A DNA stretch of 64,000 bases from Lophium mytilinum (Eukaryota). Each line of letters opens with the position of its first letter. The stretch's first letter is position 1. Position numbers and translations under genes: made by a program. The notes under the pieces are model-generated. The model ran no database searches. It had not been told where the DNA came from and worked only from the letters and a program-made list of their open reading frames with translations. The stretch covers positions 310,001-374,000 of the forward strand of contig MU004183.1 in NCBI GenBank assembly GCA_010093605.1, read 5' to 3'. Positions 27,178 through 39,551 of this stretch are shown piece after piece.

Positions 27178-29168
27178 ATGTCGGCGACCCGCAATGTTGT
27201 TGAGGCGTCTTCGCCTGATGACTCGCTGTCGTCTCCGCCGCGGTCGCCTCATTCGCCCGACGCGCCTTCGTCAAACGATTTTGGCAACAATACGATCCGC
27301 GTTCTTGGTGGAGCAAATGCGAATAATGCCGCGCCTGCCATCCCAACTCCACCACCCGCACCAGCCACATCCGCTAAAGGCACCGCCACAACACCCGCCG
27401 CAACCACGACCACCACGACGCGCAAGAAGCCCGGGCCCAAGCCGAAGCCGCGGGAGTCTGCAGCTGCAAACGACGAGAACAAGCCCAAAGAGCGCAAGCC
27501 CCGCAAGCCGCGCGAGCCCAAGGACCCTGCCGCCCCGCCCGTGCCACGCAAGAAGCGCCAGAAGGTCGAGCCGCCGCAGCATGAAGAGAAGCCTCTGCAG
27601 CCTCACCCGCCCGCAACCCGCCAGCCCAAGCTCACCGAGCTGGTGAGTGTCATCCAGCCCGGTCGGCCATCCCCAGCTCCTTCGCCAGCCCCTCCCCCAG
27701 CTCCAGCGCAGGCTCCACGCCTCTCGGGCAATCTAGAGGTCTTCCAGAACCCGAACGTATCGCATCTGAATGTAGCTCCCTCAACTCCCCGTCCGGCGTC
27801 CAGCGGCCAGGTCTACGATCCCATCCGCGGCGGCTTTGACTCTAAACCCCCGGCTTCAACCTCCAGCGTCCCCCCTCTCTCTCCGCCCCTGAACCGTGCG
27901 AGTGCTTCTCCTTCCATCACGTCGTTGATCGACCCGCCAAGCTCGTCTTTCAACCAAGCATCACGTTTTCAACATCCCTCCGTAACCTCTGCCCCTGTCT
28001 CGCCTGCACCTCTGGCAGCTCGTCCACCGCAATTAGCATCATCGGCTGAGCAGCATCTCGTCCCCCGTCCAACCAACATGGTCGGCTCCACTCCCATGGA
28101 TCTCGACCCGGCCGACTCTCATCTTCAACGGTCCGTGCCGATGAAGAAGTCAGACTCCTCGGCCGGCACTACTCCTCCCGTGAAGCCAGCCCGTCAAAAG
28201 GAACAGCCACCACCGCTACCAACCGGGAGCGGACTGCTCTCCGGCACTCCTTTCGGCCCAACCCCCGCCAACGGCGCGCCCGCCGGCACCCATGGCACCA
28301 ATATCTGGCTCACCTTCCCGCTGAAGGGTCAAACAAATACCACCATCAATTTTGCGCGTGAGGTCGAGAAGAAGTACGGCTTTGCTGCCCTTCATCCTCG
28401 CGTCGCCGCCCGTCGCGAACGCCAGCGCCAGATCAGAGCGGCAGGCGCAGCTCTCGAGAAAGCCGATGGCACTGGATCCGCTGACGATATGAGTCTCGAT
28501 CTTAGTGAAGATGAGATCGGCAGCAATGTTGAGATGGGCGGAATGGACGGGGATGAGAATAACTCAAACACAAATGGGGATGGGAAGAAGAAGAGGAGGA
28601 GGAAGGTGGAAGATTATGATAAGGAGGATGACTTCATCGACGACACGGAACTCGCGTGGGAGCAGCAGGCGTTGATGGCTAAGGATGGGTTCTTCGTCTA
28701 TTCTGGTCCACTGGTTACGGAGGGGGAGAGGCAGGTCGTTGAGAGGTATGTTGTCTTCTTTCTTCTCGTCACGTACTCACCATCCACATCCTATCTCATC
28801 ACACACCCTCATAAATCTACATATGCTAACACCCTGCCAGAGCCGACGGTACCGTTAAACGCGGCCGAGGAAGGGGACGTGGTGGCTCAACTCGCGGCGA
28901 AACCTCTGGACGCGGACGCGGCCGAGGCGGCGGGCCTGGCTCCCGTGGCGGCACTACTGTCCGCAAACCTCGCGTCACCAAAGCAGACCGCGCACAAATG
29001 GAGATCGAGAAGCACAACCGTGAGCAGCAGGCCGCCAACCTCGCCGGGAAGCTCACTCCTGGCGGTGGCATGAACGCCGGCGCAATGCCAGGAGGCGGCG
29101 TTGGCGTCGGGCTGGGCGGTGGTGTTGGTGTGGGCGTTGGTGCGTATGGAGGAAGTGTGGGGATGTAA
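27178..29168 (+). CDS. HPC2: HIR complex subunit Hpc2 (HUN domain); exons 27178-28745, 28841-29168, with a possible alternative 3' exon
   Basis: INFAREVEKKYGFAALHPR and EDYDKEDDFIDDTE...KDGFFVYSGPL (HPC2/ubinuclein signature) after a long Pro/Ser-rich N-terminus. Confidence 0.88.
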
Positions 29169-31103
29169 TACCCATTACATCTCGCATCTCTCGGTCTCCA
29201 ACTCACTCTCCCATCTTCGAAAGCATCACATCGCAGGAGGAGAAACGACTTGCACATGTCATCCCACAATTTTGCTAACGCGAATCTGTTTTATCTGGGT
29301 CTGTAGCGTCTACAAGCGACCTTTCGATGTCAAATCCTCCTTCGTCCATATATACCAGAGTATCGGAACTTCCCTCTTCACATTCTGTTCCTCCTCCATC
29401 TTTTCTACCTGGCCCTGTTCCGTCTAGCAGGGGCCGTTCGATTTCGGAATTTCTCTCTCCATACCCAGCAGCTACGATCTCTTCCTCTCGCCTTGAAGAT
29501 GAGGGTCTTGTCGTGGACGTCATATCTCGACCACACCAACAACCCTCATATTCACTCGGTCCACATCCTTTGCCCTCACTATCTCTGAATCTTGATACCG
29601 AAATACCTGCTCAACCTCTCTTTGCCGTCCTACGAAACCCTCGGAACAAAATTGAACGGAGGGTACTTGCACGGAATCTGTGGCTTATTCGTCCAACACC
29701 AGAATTCCAGGAGCGTGGGGCAAAAGGTCCGCCTCCAAGCAGGTTGCTCAGGCGCTGGTCTAAATAACGGATGGCTGCTAAACTTCAGCACGGGCCCATG
29801 TCTCGAGAGATGCAGGCGGCATGGGTTAAGCTTTCGTGGTTGAGCCGGTTGCAGTTGACTAATGACCTGCCCCGCGCGCATAGGCTACCCTATCTCCATG
29901 AAGCCCTTTTCGTTCATTAGATGGGTATGAGGAACTTGCGGCGTTTGTACCATTACGTTTGTTTTTTCTTCTCTCGAGGTTTCCGGATCGATTGTGGTTT
30001 TCTTTTGTACCTTTTTTACTTGCATGCATGGGTTGCCGGGCGTCTATTTCGAGTTCTTCGAAGGGGTGAAGGCGTTAAGAGTATACCAGTTCCGGTGCAA
30101 GGGTTTTCTTCAATCGAGTTGCATGGGCTGGGATCACTGTACTATGTTCTATGGTGTTTGAAAAGGATTGCATGGTTTTGATACAACGCCCTTCGAGGGT
30201 GCTTGAGTGTGAGTCGAATGAATAATCGCGGAACTGTGTTCTCTGGCTGTGTAGTTGAGTATGCGTAGGTCACAATTTCAAGACTTCGAGTATTCCATGA
30301 TTCTTCATAGCAGTGTGTATGCCTTTCTATTGCTGTCATGGAAGCTTCGATACATCTTCAGGAACCAGAAATACACTGTTTTGAACAGCTAGGAAACATG
30401 CCAGGTCACCCTAGACGACCGCGTGCGTGATCGCGTTGACGAGCGGGTACGGGCATGACAGAGCCCGCGAACCCCACCGCTTCTTCGCCATCCGAAGTTT
30501 CTACATTCTAAAACTCTCGTGTCTCTTGTATGTTCACTAGATTCATCCCATAGACCGGCTATACCAAGCATGTGAGATTTCACGAAACCGCGTCCTCGCA
30601 GCGCTATATACACCGCTTTGCCACTGCATGAGGTGCTTCGACGCGCTTTGGCAAGCCTGCCTTGAGTCCGGTCTACAGCCTTGAGCAGCCATTTGTCTTT
30701 CCAGGGCACTTCATATATATACAACTATAGGCGTCGCCCAGGGGAGGTCGCAACTTCCTCCTCGTCCGAAAGCGGTTAGCGCGTCTACCTCAAAATCGAC
30801 TTCGAGGTCCTCCTTCTCCAACTCCGCCCTCCGGCCTTCCTACAGTCTTCACTCCTGGCACTCCTCCTTGCTGCATACACGTGTGCGGCCAGTCTCAAAA
30901 AGGAGCTATAGACTACGCCTCGCTCATCGCCACACTAAATCGAGTCTCGTTCGCGTAACATGTGCAGAATCCTCACCACCTGAGGCACCTTGGGTCTGTC
31001 TTTCACTCTCACCTCCAACTAGAGCTTTATCTTTCTGTCTCTCTCATGCTCTCTCTACCTTGACCACCACCTTCATATACTCTCTCCACAACAAGCACCT
31101 ACC

Positions 31104-32291
31104 ATGTCATCCTCCACACAGCAGCCGAACGGCGGTCCCTCTGTATTCGAGCGACTGAAGCAGAAAGGCTGCACCAGTGAGGGCGGCAGTGGCAGAAGTT
31201 GGGCCGACAGGTTCCACTATGGAGAGATACCGTGGAACGACGAGGGGTTCTACCACCCTGACAATCAGAGTACGCTGTATCCGTAACATAGCTCCTCACT
31301 TTCGCAGGTACTCTTAACTAACACGCCCAGCCTACATCGCATTCGAAGACCGCCCCGATCTCGTGCCAACGCCACCGATGCTGCCCTTCCCGAGTCCGTC
31401 TGCGTTTCCAGACCCGGTATTCCTTGGTCCCCCGCGTGTTCCCATTCCAGCGCATATCCAGAGAGAGTTTGGTCCGTTCCGGCAAACTTCTATTGAAGAG
31501 GAGGTGAGGCATTACGCCAGCAATCCCACGACTCCGTACATCTCGTTTCGCAGGGCGCCCACGAAGTCTCCCACCCAGTCTCCTGGACAAGTCGACGAGC
31601 CAGAAGAGCCAGAAAAACCGCGGGACGGCGGCATGTCATCGTACTTCTCTGGTTCTCCAGAAGATCCAGAAGAGCCAGAAGATACGCAGATGAAGGGGCT
31701 GGATCCTATCCATCTTGAGTCCGACTCGTCGCTCTCTGAGTACGACACCGACGCCGGCGAGGAGTATATCGCCTGGGACGCAGAGGCGCAGAAGGCAGTT
31801 GAAGAGCCCAACAAGGCGCGTCGTAAGCGCTTTGCAGCTAAGAAACGAGGAAAAGAAGCGATTCCATCAGATGCAGGTAAGCTAAAGCCCCATGACAGCC
31901 TCAGGCGCGTAGTCCTCTTTAGCATCGTGTGAGGTACCCTGGCTGGGTACCAGGTGGCGCAAAGCAAACAAGTTGGGCTCATGATTTACGATGGGTTGTT
32001 TTGAGGACGATAGCTGACTCCAATTTAGACCTGAAGGAGAACACTATCGCCAGCCCCGGTCAGCCCATTGAAGAACCCCCCACGGCGACAGGCAATGACA
32101 GCGTCCCCGCCAAACGTAGGAAGACTACGCGGCAAAACACCAACGACGATGACGGAGCGGCGGCGGATGTCGAGGACGAGCCGTACACACCAGCTGCGCG
32201 GGGTAAGAGCAAAGCTCGAGGTGGACGGGGTTCCAGGGGCGGAAGGGGGCGCGGTGGCAGGGCGAGGGGCCGCGGCCGTAAGGGGGCTTGA
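31104..32291 (+). CDS. Hypothetical disordered protein with a C-terminal RG/RGG tail; exons 31104-31269, 31331-31876, 32029-32291
   Basis: Three ORFs join in frame through two phase-1 introns (GTACGC...CTAAC...CAG; GTAAGC...GCTGAC...TAG); ends RGGRGSRGGRGRGGRARGRGRKGA. Confidence 0.7.
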
Positions 32292-33148
32292 GGGCAACCA
32301 ATTCGGTTCTTGGAGCTTATGACGGTCTATGGGGAAGGAGGCTGAGAAGCTATTAGGTAGCAATGCAATATGGTATCCACTAGTTTCTCACATGCGTGTA
32401 GTGTGTGCACTGCTTTGTCGTTGCATACGGTCGTCCAACAGCATATTGATGAAGTCATGTCGTTTTAAACAGCTAGTCAACGAACTGGGGGACCTCACGG
32501 AGCGTTATACTAAAATTATACATTACTAGTCCGCTGATACAGGAGTTAGCAATTTGATCTATATATCTTAGCAGTCTAATGTGTCCAAGATATTAGCACT
32601 GCAAGAGGTCCTCCCATATAGTTTGGGAAACAAGGCTAAGAGGAAGTCAAGTCTACAACAGCGCGTTTTAGGTAGGCTGTTGTCGGGCTCTATGTGCATT
32701 GTTTCGCCACTGCGTGAAGTCCTCCGGCAAACTTTCGATTTTCGCAAGCTAAGTGTTCTAATTAAACAAAAAATGGGCTGGGACACCTTAGACAGTGTCA
32801 AACTACTAACACAAGCTTTAAGTGCATCTGTCTAGTTCGTCGACTATAATTTCCGAGACCCTTGTGAGTGGTGGAGCAGAAGACCGCCGCGACCGACTCG
32901 ATGAACATCGCTGAACAGTATGCGCAAGAAATGTATCCGCTATGGGCTGCGGATTAGGCCATATCTCGAGCTTGCTTCGATGTGGAATGGCCACATGGCA
33001 TTGCCAGCTGCATCAGGGTCACAGATATGATCCAGCGAGGGAGTTGATGGAAAAGAGGAAGTATTTGACCGCATAGTTATAGTAATGGTAATAAGGGGGT
33101 ATCTGTGAAATAAGCCAGCATCTCAATGCCTCCAGATCATCCTCTGCA

Positions 33149-33850
33149 TCAAACCCAGTCTTCCTCCTCGACCTCCTCCCACGAACCCGTCTCCGAGACA
33201 CAAGAAACAACATCCCAATCCTCATCCTCCTCAACCCCCGCAACCACCTCAACCGCCCCCTCACGCTCTCCCTCCTCATCCTCCACCCCCTCCTCCTCAT
33301 CCGCCCACGGCGCCCCCACAACCAAATCCTCCCCCGCCCACTCCACCCGCTCCCCCTCCCACCACCCCGGATCATTGACCCCCCCACAGTACCCACACGT
33401 AATCATATGCTCCAACTCATCCTCCACCACCCTCTCCGCCTCATGAAACTCCTCCCGCTCCCTCAACTCCCTTCCCACCTCTTTCGCCGCCCCGCTCCGC
33501 CGCGCCCACGCATTCACCCGACACCCCCACTTCGAGTCTTGCTTCGGATACGCGTGGTGCCGCCGCGGCGGCTTCGGCCACGCCTGCGCCTCGTCGTAGA
33601 ACTCGCGCTTGGTGAGGGCGCGCGTGGGCAGGGCGGCGCGGGCGGCGGGGAGCGGGGGGAGAGCGCGGCCCCAGCCGCATTTCTGGCAGTCTGGGGAGGA
33701 GTGTAGGTAGCAGGGGATGACGATGTGGGGTTGGAGACGCTGGTTGGGTTTGAGGGTTTTGTAGGAGTAGTATTTCTTTAGGTTGGCGGTGGTGCGGTTG
33801 CGGGCGCGGGCGGCGGAGCGGAGGTCGGCGGTGGGGGCGTAGTCGTTCAT
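33149..33850 (-). CDS. Hypothetical protein, 233 aa: basic N-half, two CxxC motifs, acidic Trp-rich tail
   Basis: Single ORF with AACCATG start context and biased codon usage; CQKC and CGYC motifs. Confidence 0.6.
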   Translation of the reverse strand: MNDYAPTADLRSAARARNRTTANLKKYYSYKTLKPNQRLQPHIVIPCYLHSSPDCQKCGWGRALPPLPAARAALPTRALTKREFYDEAQAWPKPPRRHHAYPKQDSKWGCRVNAWARRSGAAKEVGRELREREEFHEAERVVEDELEHMITCGYCGGVNDPGWWEGERVEWAGEDLVVGAPWADEEEGVEDEEGEREGAVEVVAGVEEDEDWDVVSCVSETGSWEEVEEEDWV

Positions 33851-34618
33851 GGTTGGGGAGGTGAGGGTGAGTGGTTGTAGGGGGTAGAGGTCTGTAGTGT
33901 TGTTGAAGATAGGGGGTTCGAAAGGTTGTTGTTCTACTCCCGGTGGGGAAGGGGGAAGTGTATGTTGGTGGTTTTTGTTCGTTGAAGTTCTTATATGGAG
34001 TTCTGCAGTGTTTGATTCGTTGTTTGCCAGCGGAGTTTGGCGTTTGGGTAGCTGGACAGTATGACTTATAAGTAAGCGGGCTCAGTTCACTCAGCGAAGA
34101 GGACTGAGGAGGATGGCCGAGTTGTGACGTGTCGACAGATTGAGTGAAGGAGCGGCATGATATAGACAGCATCGCGGAGCTCTGACCATGATGCTGTCAT
34201 GGTTGGAGTCATCCTTCAGCTCAGCTCCGCCACAAGCCGTAATGAGCCCTCAGGGCGAGCTGAGCCTGAGTAGTTGGAAGGGCGCAAGGGCGGTTGTGGA
34301 GGTGGCTGTGCAAAGGTGTGGCTGTGACCTTTTTGGCAGACACCCAGCCACCTAAAATTTGCAGAGGTTCATTTGCTAAACTGCATCGCCTGCGTTTATT
34401 GCACTGTCGTTGAGATACGGAGGATCGTATTTTGGAAGAGCCTGCCTAAGAGTACAAAACACAAAGCAGGCCCAGAAACCTCAGGTAGGAAGCAGAAGCA
34501 ATTAGGTTTGAGACGCCTCTGTTTAAAAGAAGACTACCTACCTAGGTAATGTTGTATTACAAGAGGTAAAGAGATCCGAGCTCATTAAGGATTAGGAAGA
34601 AAGCACCCTACGATATCT

Positions 34619-35990
34619 CTACTGCGGTCTGAAAGGAGGCGCAGAGTTTTTCGCCTTCTCCTGGTCAAACAACCACACACCATCGGTCAAGTTGGTATTG
34701 ATGGGCTCGCCGATAGCGTTAGCCAAAGCGTCGAAGAGAGCTGATTTTGGCGCACGGGTGAAGAACCGACGTGACCATTCGCGGCCTTCTTCCTTCTCAT
34801 GCTTCCGCATCTCGCGCTGCTGGTTCTCTATAACCGACTTTTCGGCGGACGTAGTGTTCATATCGCCCTTTGAAATAGCTTGAGCCACCTTCTGCCACGC
34901 CCGTCGCGATTCCATTTCGTCCTGCTGGTCTAGCGCCGCGACAGTGAGGGGTGTTGTCTTGGTGACTGTCGGGTCGAATGTCTCAACAACATCCTTAGTC
35001 TTAGCATTGCGGATTGTGAAACAGTCAGTCCATTGCCCATCGGCAGTGTACAATGGCTGCTTCTCTTTGCCGTCTTGGTAAAGCGACGCTGTGAAGGTGT
35101 TCTTTTTTCCTGATAGCCATCCCTTGCCACTATAGTCGATCTTCGCGGTGTACCCAGACGAAGACCTAATGTAGCTAGAGCTATCTAACTCCACGTATGG
35201 CGCCCCACTTATGAGACCTTCGATGTGGAGTGAAGGAAGGGTTATCAGATAGTCTTCGTCGAATGCATCAATGTGGAGAATGGCGTGGCCAATTTGCTGC
35301 ACAAAGGTTAGCAAGGCGACGATTGAGTTGAGCTTCCAAGCTTACCTTGACATTGATTGTCCGCGAGAAAGAAGCCTTCTGGGCGTTGTAGCCTTGTAGC
35401 CTGACCCCCGCCTGCGAGTTCCAGATGGAGTACGCCGTGACCGGCGGATGATGGCTGCACATTAGTGAGCGGGGCTTCATGTTTTGGTTTCAGCAGTGTA
35501 ACCCACCTGACTTGCTCGCTGACAAGCTGGGTAGTACCAGCCTCGTCCTCCCACTTTCCAAGAAAGAGCTCTCCCAAGAAGGGGTTCAGAGGCTTCTTCT
35601 CGCTGCCAAGCTTCTCGTTGCGACTACTGTACTGCTGCTTCAGGGTGCTCAGGAACCACTTGAGCACGAGGACCGCGCGCTTCTCCGGGTCCTTCTCGTT
35701 TGCGGGCGCCACCAATGTGGAGGGGTGTTCGGCCCAGTACGAGGAGTATTCAACGAGGGATGTGGTCGATAGGATGAAGGGCGGGGCGGTCATGGAGGAG
35801 AGGTCGCCATTGAAAGACGCAACGGACTGGAGAGACGTGATTAGCAAGCGCTCTAGCATACATGGCCCATCATAGGACATACCTTCAAGAATGAAGTCCA
35901 GGAGCCCTTGGATTGCGCGGGAACAGCTGAACCCTCTGAGTCCTTCGGGGTTGATGTGCCCGAGGCGTGTTTTCTGCCGTTGCCGTTCAT
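34619..35990 (-). CDS. KES1: Oxysterol-binding protein, Kes1/Osh4-like; 4 exons
   Basis: [48 protein letters not shown] signature (split by an intron), ESRRAW. Confidence 0.95.
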
Positions 35991-36633
35991 TTTGAGAGTG
36001 TTAGACGCGTGGATGCTAGAAGCTGCAGGGTTTATGGGGGCGTAGGCGTGTTTATGCGTGGGAAAATATGTTGTATGGAGGTAGGTTGTATGCTATGTTG
36101 TCGCAACTTGAAAGTGGCTGAGCATAGAAATTACATCATGCCCTAAAAAGCAACCTTTGGAACTCCGTCTCTCAACGCGTCAGACGTGCCACATCCCTGC
36201 GCTGCTCATCACTACCATGACCACCTAAACGACAAAGTCCGCATCACCATAACTAGCATACAATGTCCGTTACGCGCTTCATCGCCACCACAAAGGCCGG
36301 TAACGTGATCAGAGTATCGACCTTCGAGAGTATCGCTACCTTCACACAGCAAGTCGACTCTACCTCCTTGATGGCAACACAGGTCGAGACAGCTCATTCA
36401 CAGGGCTCTTAGAACGCGCTTGTGTTCATATGGATGGTCGTCAGCCATGAGGCAGTACAATGTCATTTCGCTGTTCTCCATTTCCCATCTCAGAAAATAT
36501 CATATTCCCCAAATAACCTAATTTCATTTCTTCGACCTTCTCAATATGAGGCTATCTTCATCTGATACTCTGGCTGAACGCTAAGACTCATCATCATCCC
36601 AAACCCACGCGTCGAGAGCAAACTTCAAAACCA

Positions 36634-38347
36634 TCAAACATCTCTGATCGGGTGTAGCGTGCACATAAGGGGTGGCTTATCCCATAGCGTATAGACCTTC
36701 TGGTCTGCCCAGGCCGTGCTTTCCGGGCAGAGTTCGAGATCGAACTGCCAAAGCACTGTGGCCAATATGATCCGCATCTCGTGATAGGCCAGGCTAAACG
36801 CCTTTGGTCAGCAAATAACGACGCAAACAATCTCAGGATCTACAAACACAACTTACTTTTTGCCCAAACAGTTTCTTGGACCGTACGAAAATGGCTGGAA
36901 CACGGACTTGTCGTCACCTGCAAAACGTTCATCGTCTAGCCATCGCTCGGGCATGAAAGCTTTCGGCGAGGTGAAGTTGAGCTCGGATTCGTACGCTGCC
37001 CATTGACTCAGGCATACCGATGTCTGCAATTCATTAGGGACACAATCACGATTGGACAACAGCACTTACTCCACCCGGAATGAAGTCTCCGCAAATTGTA
37101 GCGCCCTCAGCTGGGACTGTTCGTGGAAATCCAACCGGCACGGGCGGATACATTCGCAGACCTTCTTCGAGACAGCCATGGAGGTACTTCAGTTGCGCAA
37201 GACTCTCAATAGTGATATCTTCTTCAGTAGCAAACGCAGTTCTGATTTCTGTGGTAAGCTTTGCTAGCTTGTCTGGATTTTTCAAAAGATGGAAAGTGAC
37301 TCCGCTCAACAGCGTTGCGGTCGTCTCGGTCCCGGCAAGCATGAATAGCGATGCATTCGAGTGCATTTCTCCGACGCTCAGGCCATATCTCTCCTTTTGT
37401 CGCATGACTAGGTTCCAAATATCGGGCTGATCGCTCTTGGCAGCTAGTCGATGATCTACGCGATCGGCCGAATAGTTGAAATGAGCTATTCGTTTCTTGT
37501 TCATCGCTTCGCCAGAGATGTATGGTTCCAAAGTGATGAAGAGAGGGAAGTTTCGCATCGCTCTTGCCCGCGAGTTTTCCTTGACGCCTTGGAATATGAC
37601 CGCCACCCAAGGATCGTACTCGTTTTTTTCCAGAAGCTTCAGATCCTCGCCGAACGTAAGTTTGCCCATGATATCAAAAGTCGTGAAGTTGTACAGGTTC
37701 ACCATGTTGAACGCCTTACTCGGATCTTTCTTAGTGCCCTGCTTCAATACACCGAACAGCATGTCGACGTATGTTTTGAAAAGTACTTCTTGTTCCTTAA
37801 GCGCCTTGTCGGAGAAAGCGTTCGCAAAGATTTTACGAACGCGGGAATGTGCTGGATCATCTATCCCATGGACTAGTGAGGGTACCCCGTTCGGCGCTGA
37901 CCCGTAGAATTTGGGGTCCTTTGGAATGTTTCCTGTTGTACCTATACGATGACCGTATACGTCTTTCCAAGCCTGACCGTCGATATAGCTCAGGTCTGTC
38001 GGAGTGATCCGGACGACTTTGCCGTATTTCGCATGCTGGGCAGATACCCAGGTATGAATATCCCCATTGTATGCCGCCCAAAAGAAAGGGAACCGGCTGA
38101 CGGCTGCTAGCTTAGGGCCTGGGTATTTCCTCAGAGGTCCGAAGTATAGGTCGTAAATGGCACGTCCGAATATGTATACAACAAACTACAGTATGGCTTG
38201 ACTTTAGCGATCGGTCAATCGTCGCCCGCTCCTTTTCACCAAATATAAACTTACCACAACGAGTGCACTGCTCACGGCAGTTACGATGTCGAGCCTGCCC
38301 AGAAGGACTGCCACCAACCCGGTGCTTGATTTTCTCTCGTCGGCCAT
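36634..38347 (-). CDS. Cytochrome P450, CYP65/TRI11-like; exons approx. 38347-38255, 38186-37070, 37024-36857, 36794-36634
   Basis: GPLRKYPGP, AGTETT, EGLR, PERW, FSYGPRNCLG; the frame is intact to the stop. Confidence 0.93.
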
Positions 38348-39551
38348 CACGCTTCAAAAAGGTTCGTGATGATAATATGAAAGTTAGCACTAATAACACC
38401 TGGATTTTCACCTATTGGGACGATACTGGCTCTTATATACATGTCGGGTTCCGGCGTCATCAAGCTTCCGAAAACCGAATCAAAATCTAGCTAATGAAGT
38501 CCCAAACCTAGGGGAGTGAGGCTCCTCGGGCATTTCCTTGATTCCCCGCAACTTATGGAAGCGCTAAAGTGGAGCATGTCGACGATTTTCGCTACAAGCA
38601 ATCTAGTGTGCAATATACTGTCGCTACACAGGGATGGCAAGGAGGGATCTCCACCGCGCCGATTGCCGAAACAGGGTCTACAAGACTAGGTGTTTGAGTA
38701 GCTTCGTACGAGGTCTCAATGAAAGGGGAAGCTCATTCGTGGGTGGTCGACAGCGAGGGCCTCGAGGCAATTACCAGGGACGGAAAAGGTGCCGCTGTGC
38801 ATGGGTATAGTGCGCGAATCTATCGATGCTCGAGGTAGCGGGGTACCTTGTATCGAATTGGGGAAATACAGTCGGTGTAGAATTTGACGCATAAGAGACT
38901 CAAGAGAAATTAGGAATAGGAGCAATCAAACCTCTCCACAGCCTTGCGGCATATGATTGGACGTAGGTCTCGGCCGATACCTACAGCTGCCTCAACATAA
39001 TGTTTTATAGCTAGATCCGAACTTCAAACGGCAGCTAACAATCTAGAGATTCACCGGCCCGTCCCAGAGTATTTGCTATGCAGGCTCCTTTCCACAAAAG
39101 TGGCAGCCACCGAAACCGAACTGTCCTCCTGCTCAGAAACTTCTTATCTTATAGATCATATTTACTCTGAGCTTGTGCAAATACTTGCTTAGAGGTCCTC
39201 GAATCATTATCAAATACTGGTCACTAGCAGTGTACAAGTCTATTAGCTCTCTGTGACATCTCACACGGAATCGGAATATACTGCCACTTTGTGTGCAACG
39301 GAGCCTGGCAGGTCGTCGAAGTGATCGACCTCGGCCGAGCATCAATAAAACTGACTCTCATCATCCGCTTCACTGGAGTGCAGATCCCTGTACAATAATT
39401 AACGGACCTCATCGAATTCCCCTCACTTTTTGACAGACCCTGAGTTCTTTCATTTGGAATTCAGACCCAATGTCAGGTGAAAGAGTGTCTCCTACACGCC
39501 CAACTCCAATCGCTATGCCCAAAACCCAAAAGATGAAGCATAAACCCATCC

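Noticed and set aside
36700..36730. Suspected frameshift in the last exon of the second P450
   Set aside because: Re-reading gives CPESTAWADQKVYTLWDKPPL in frame; the gene is intact.
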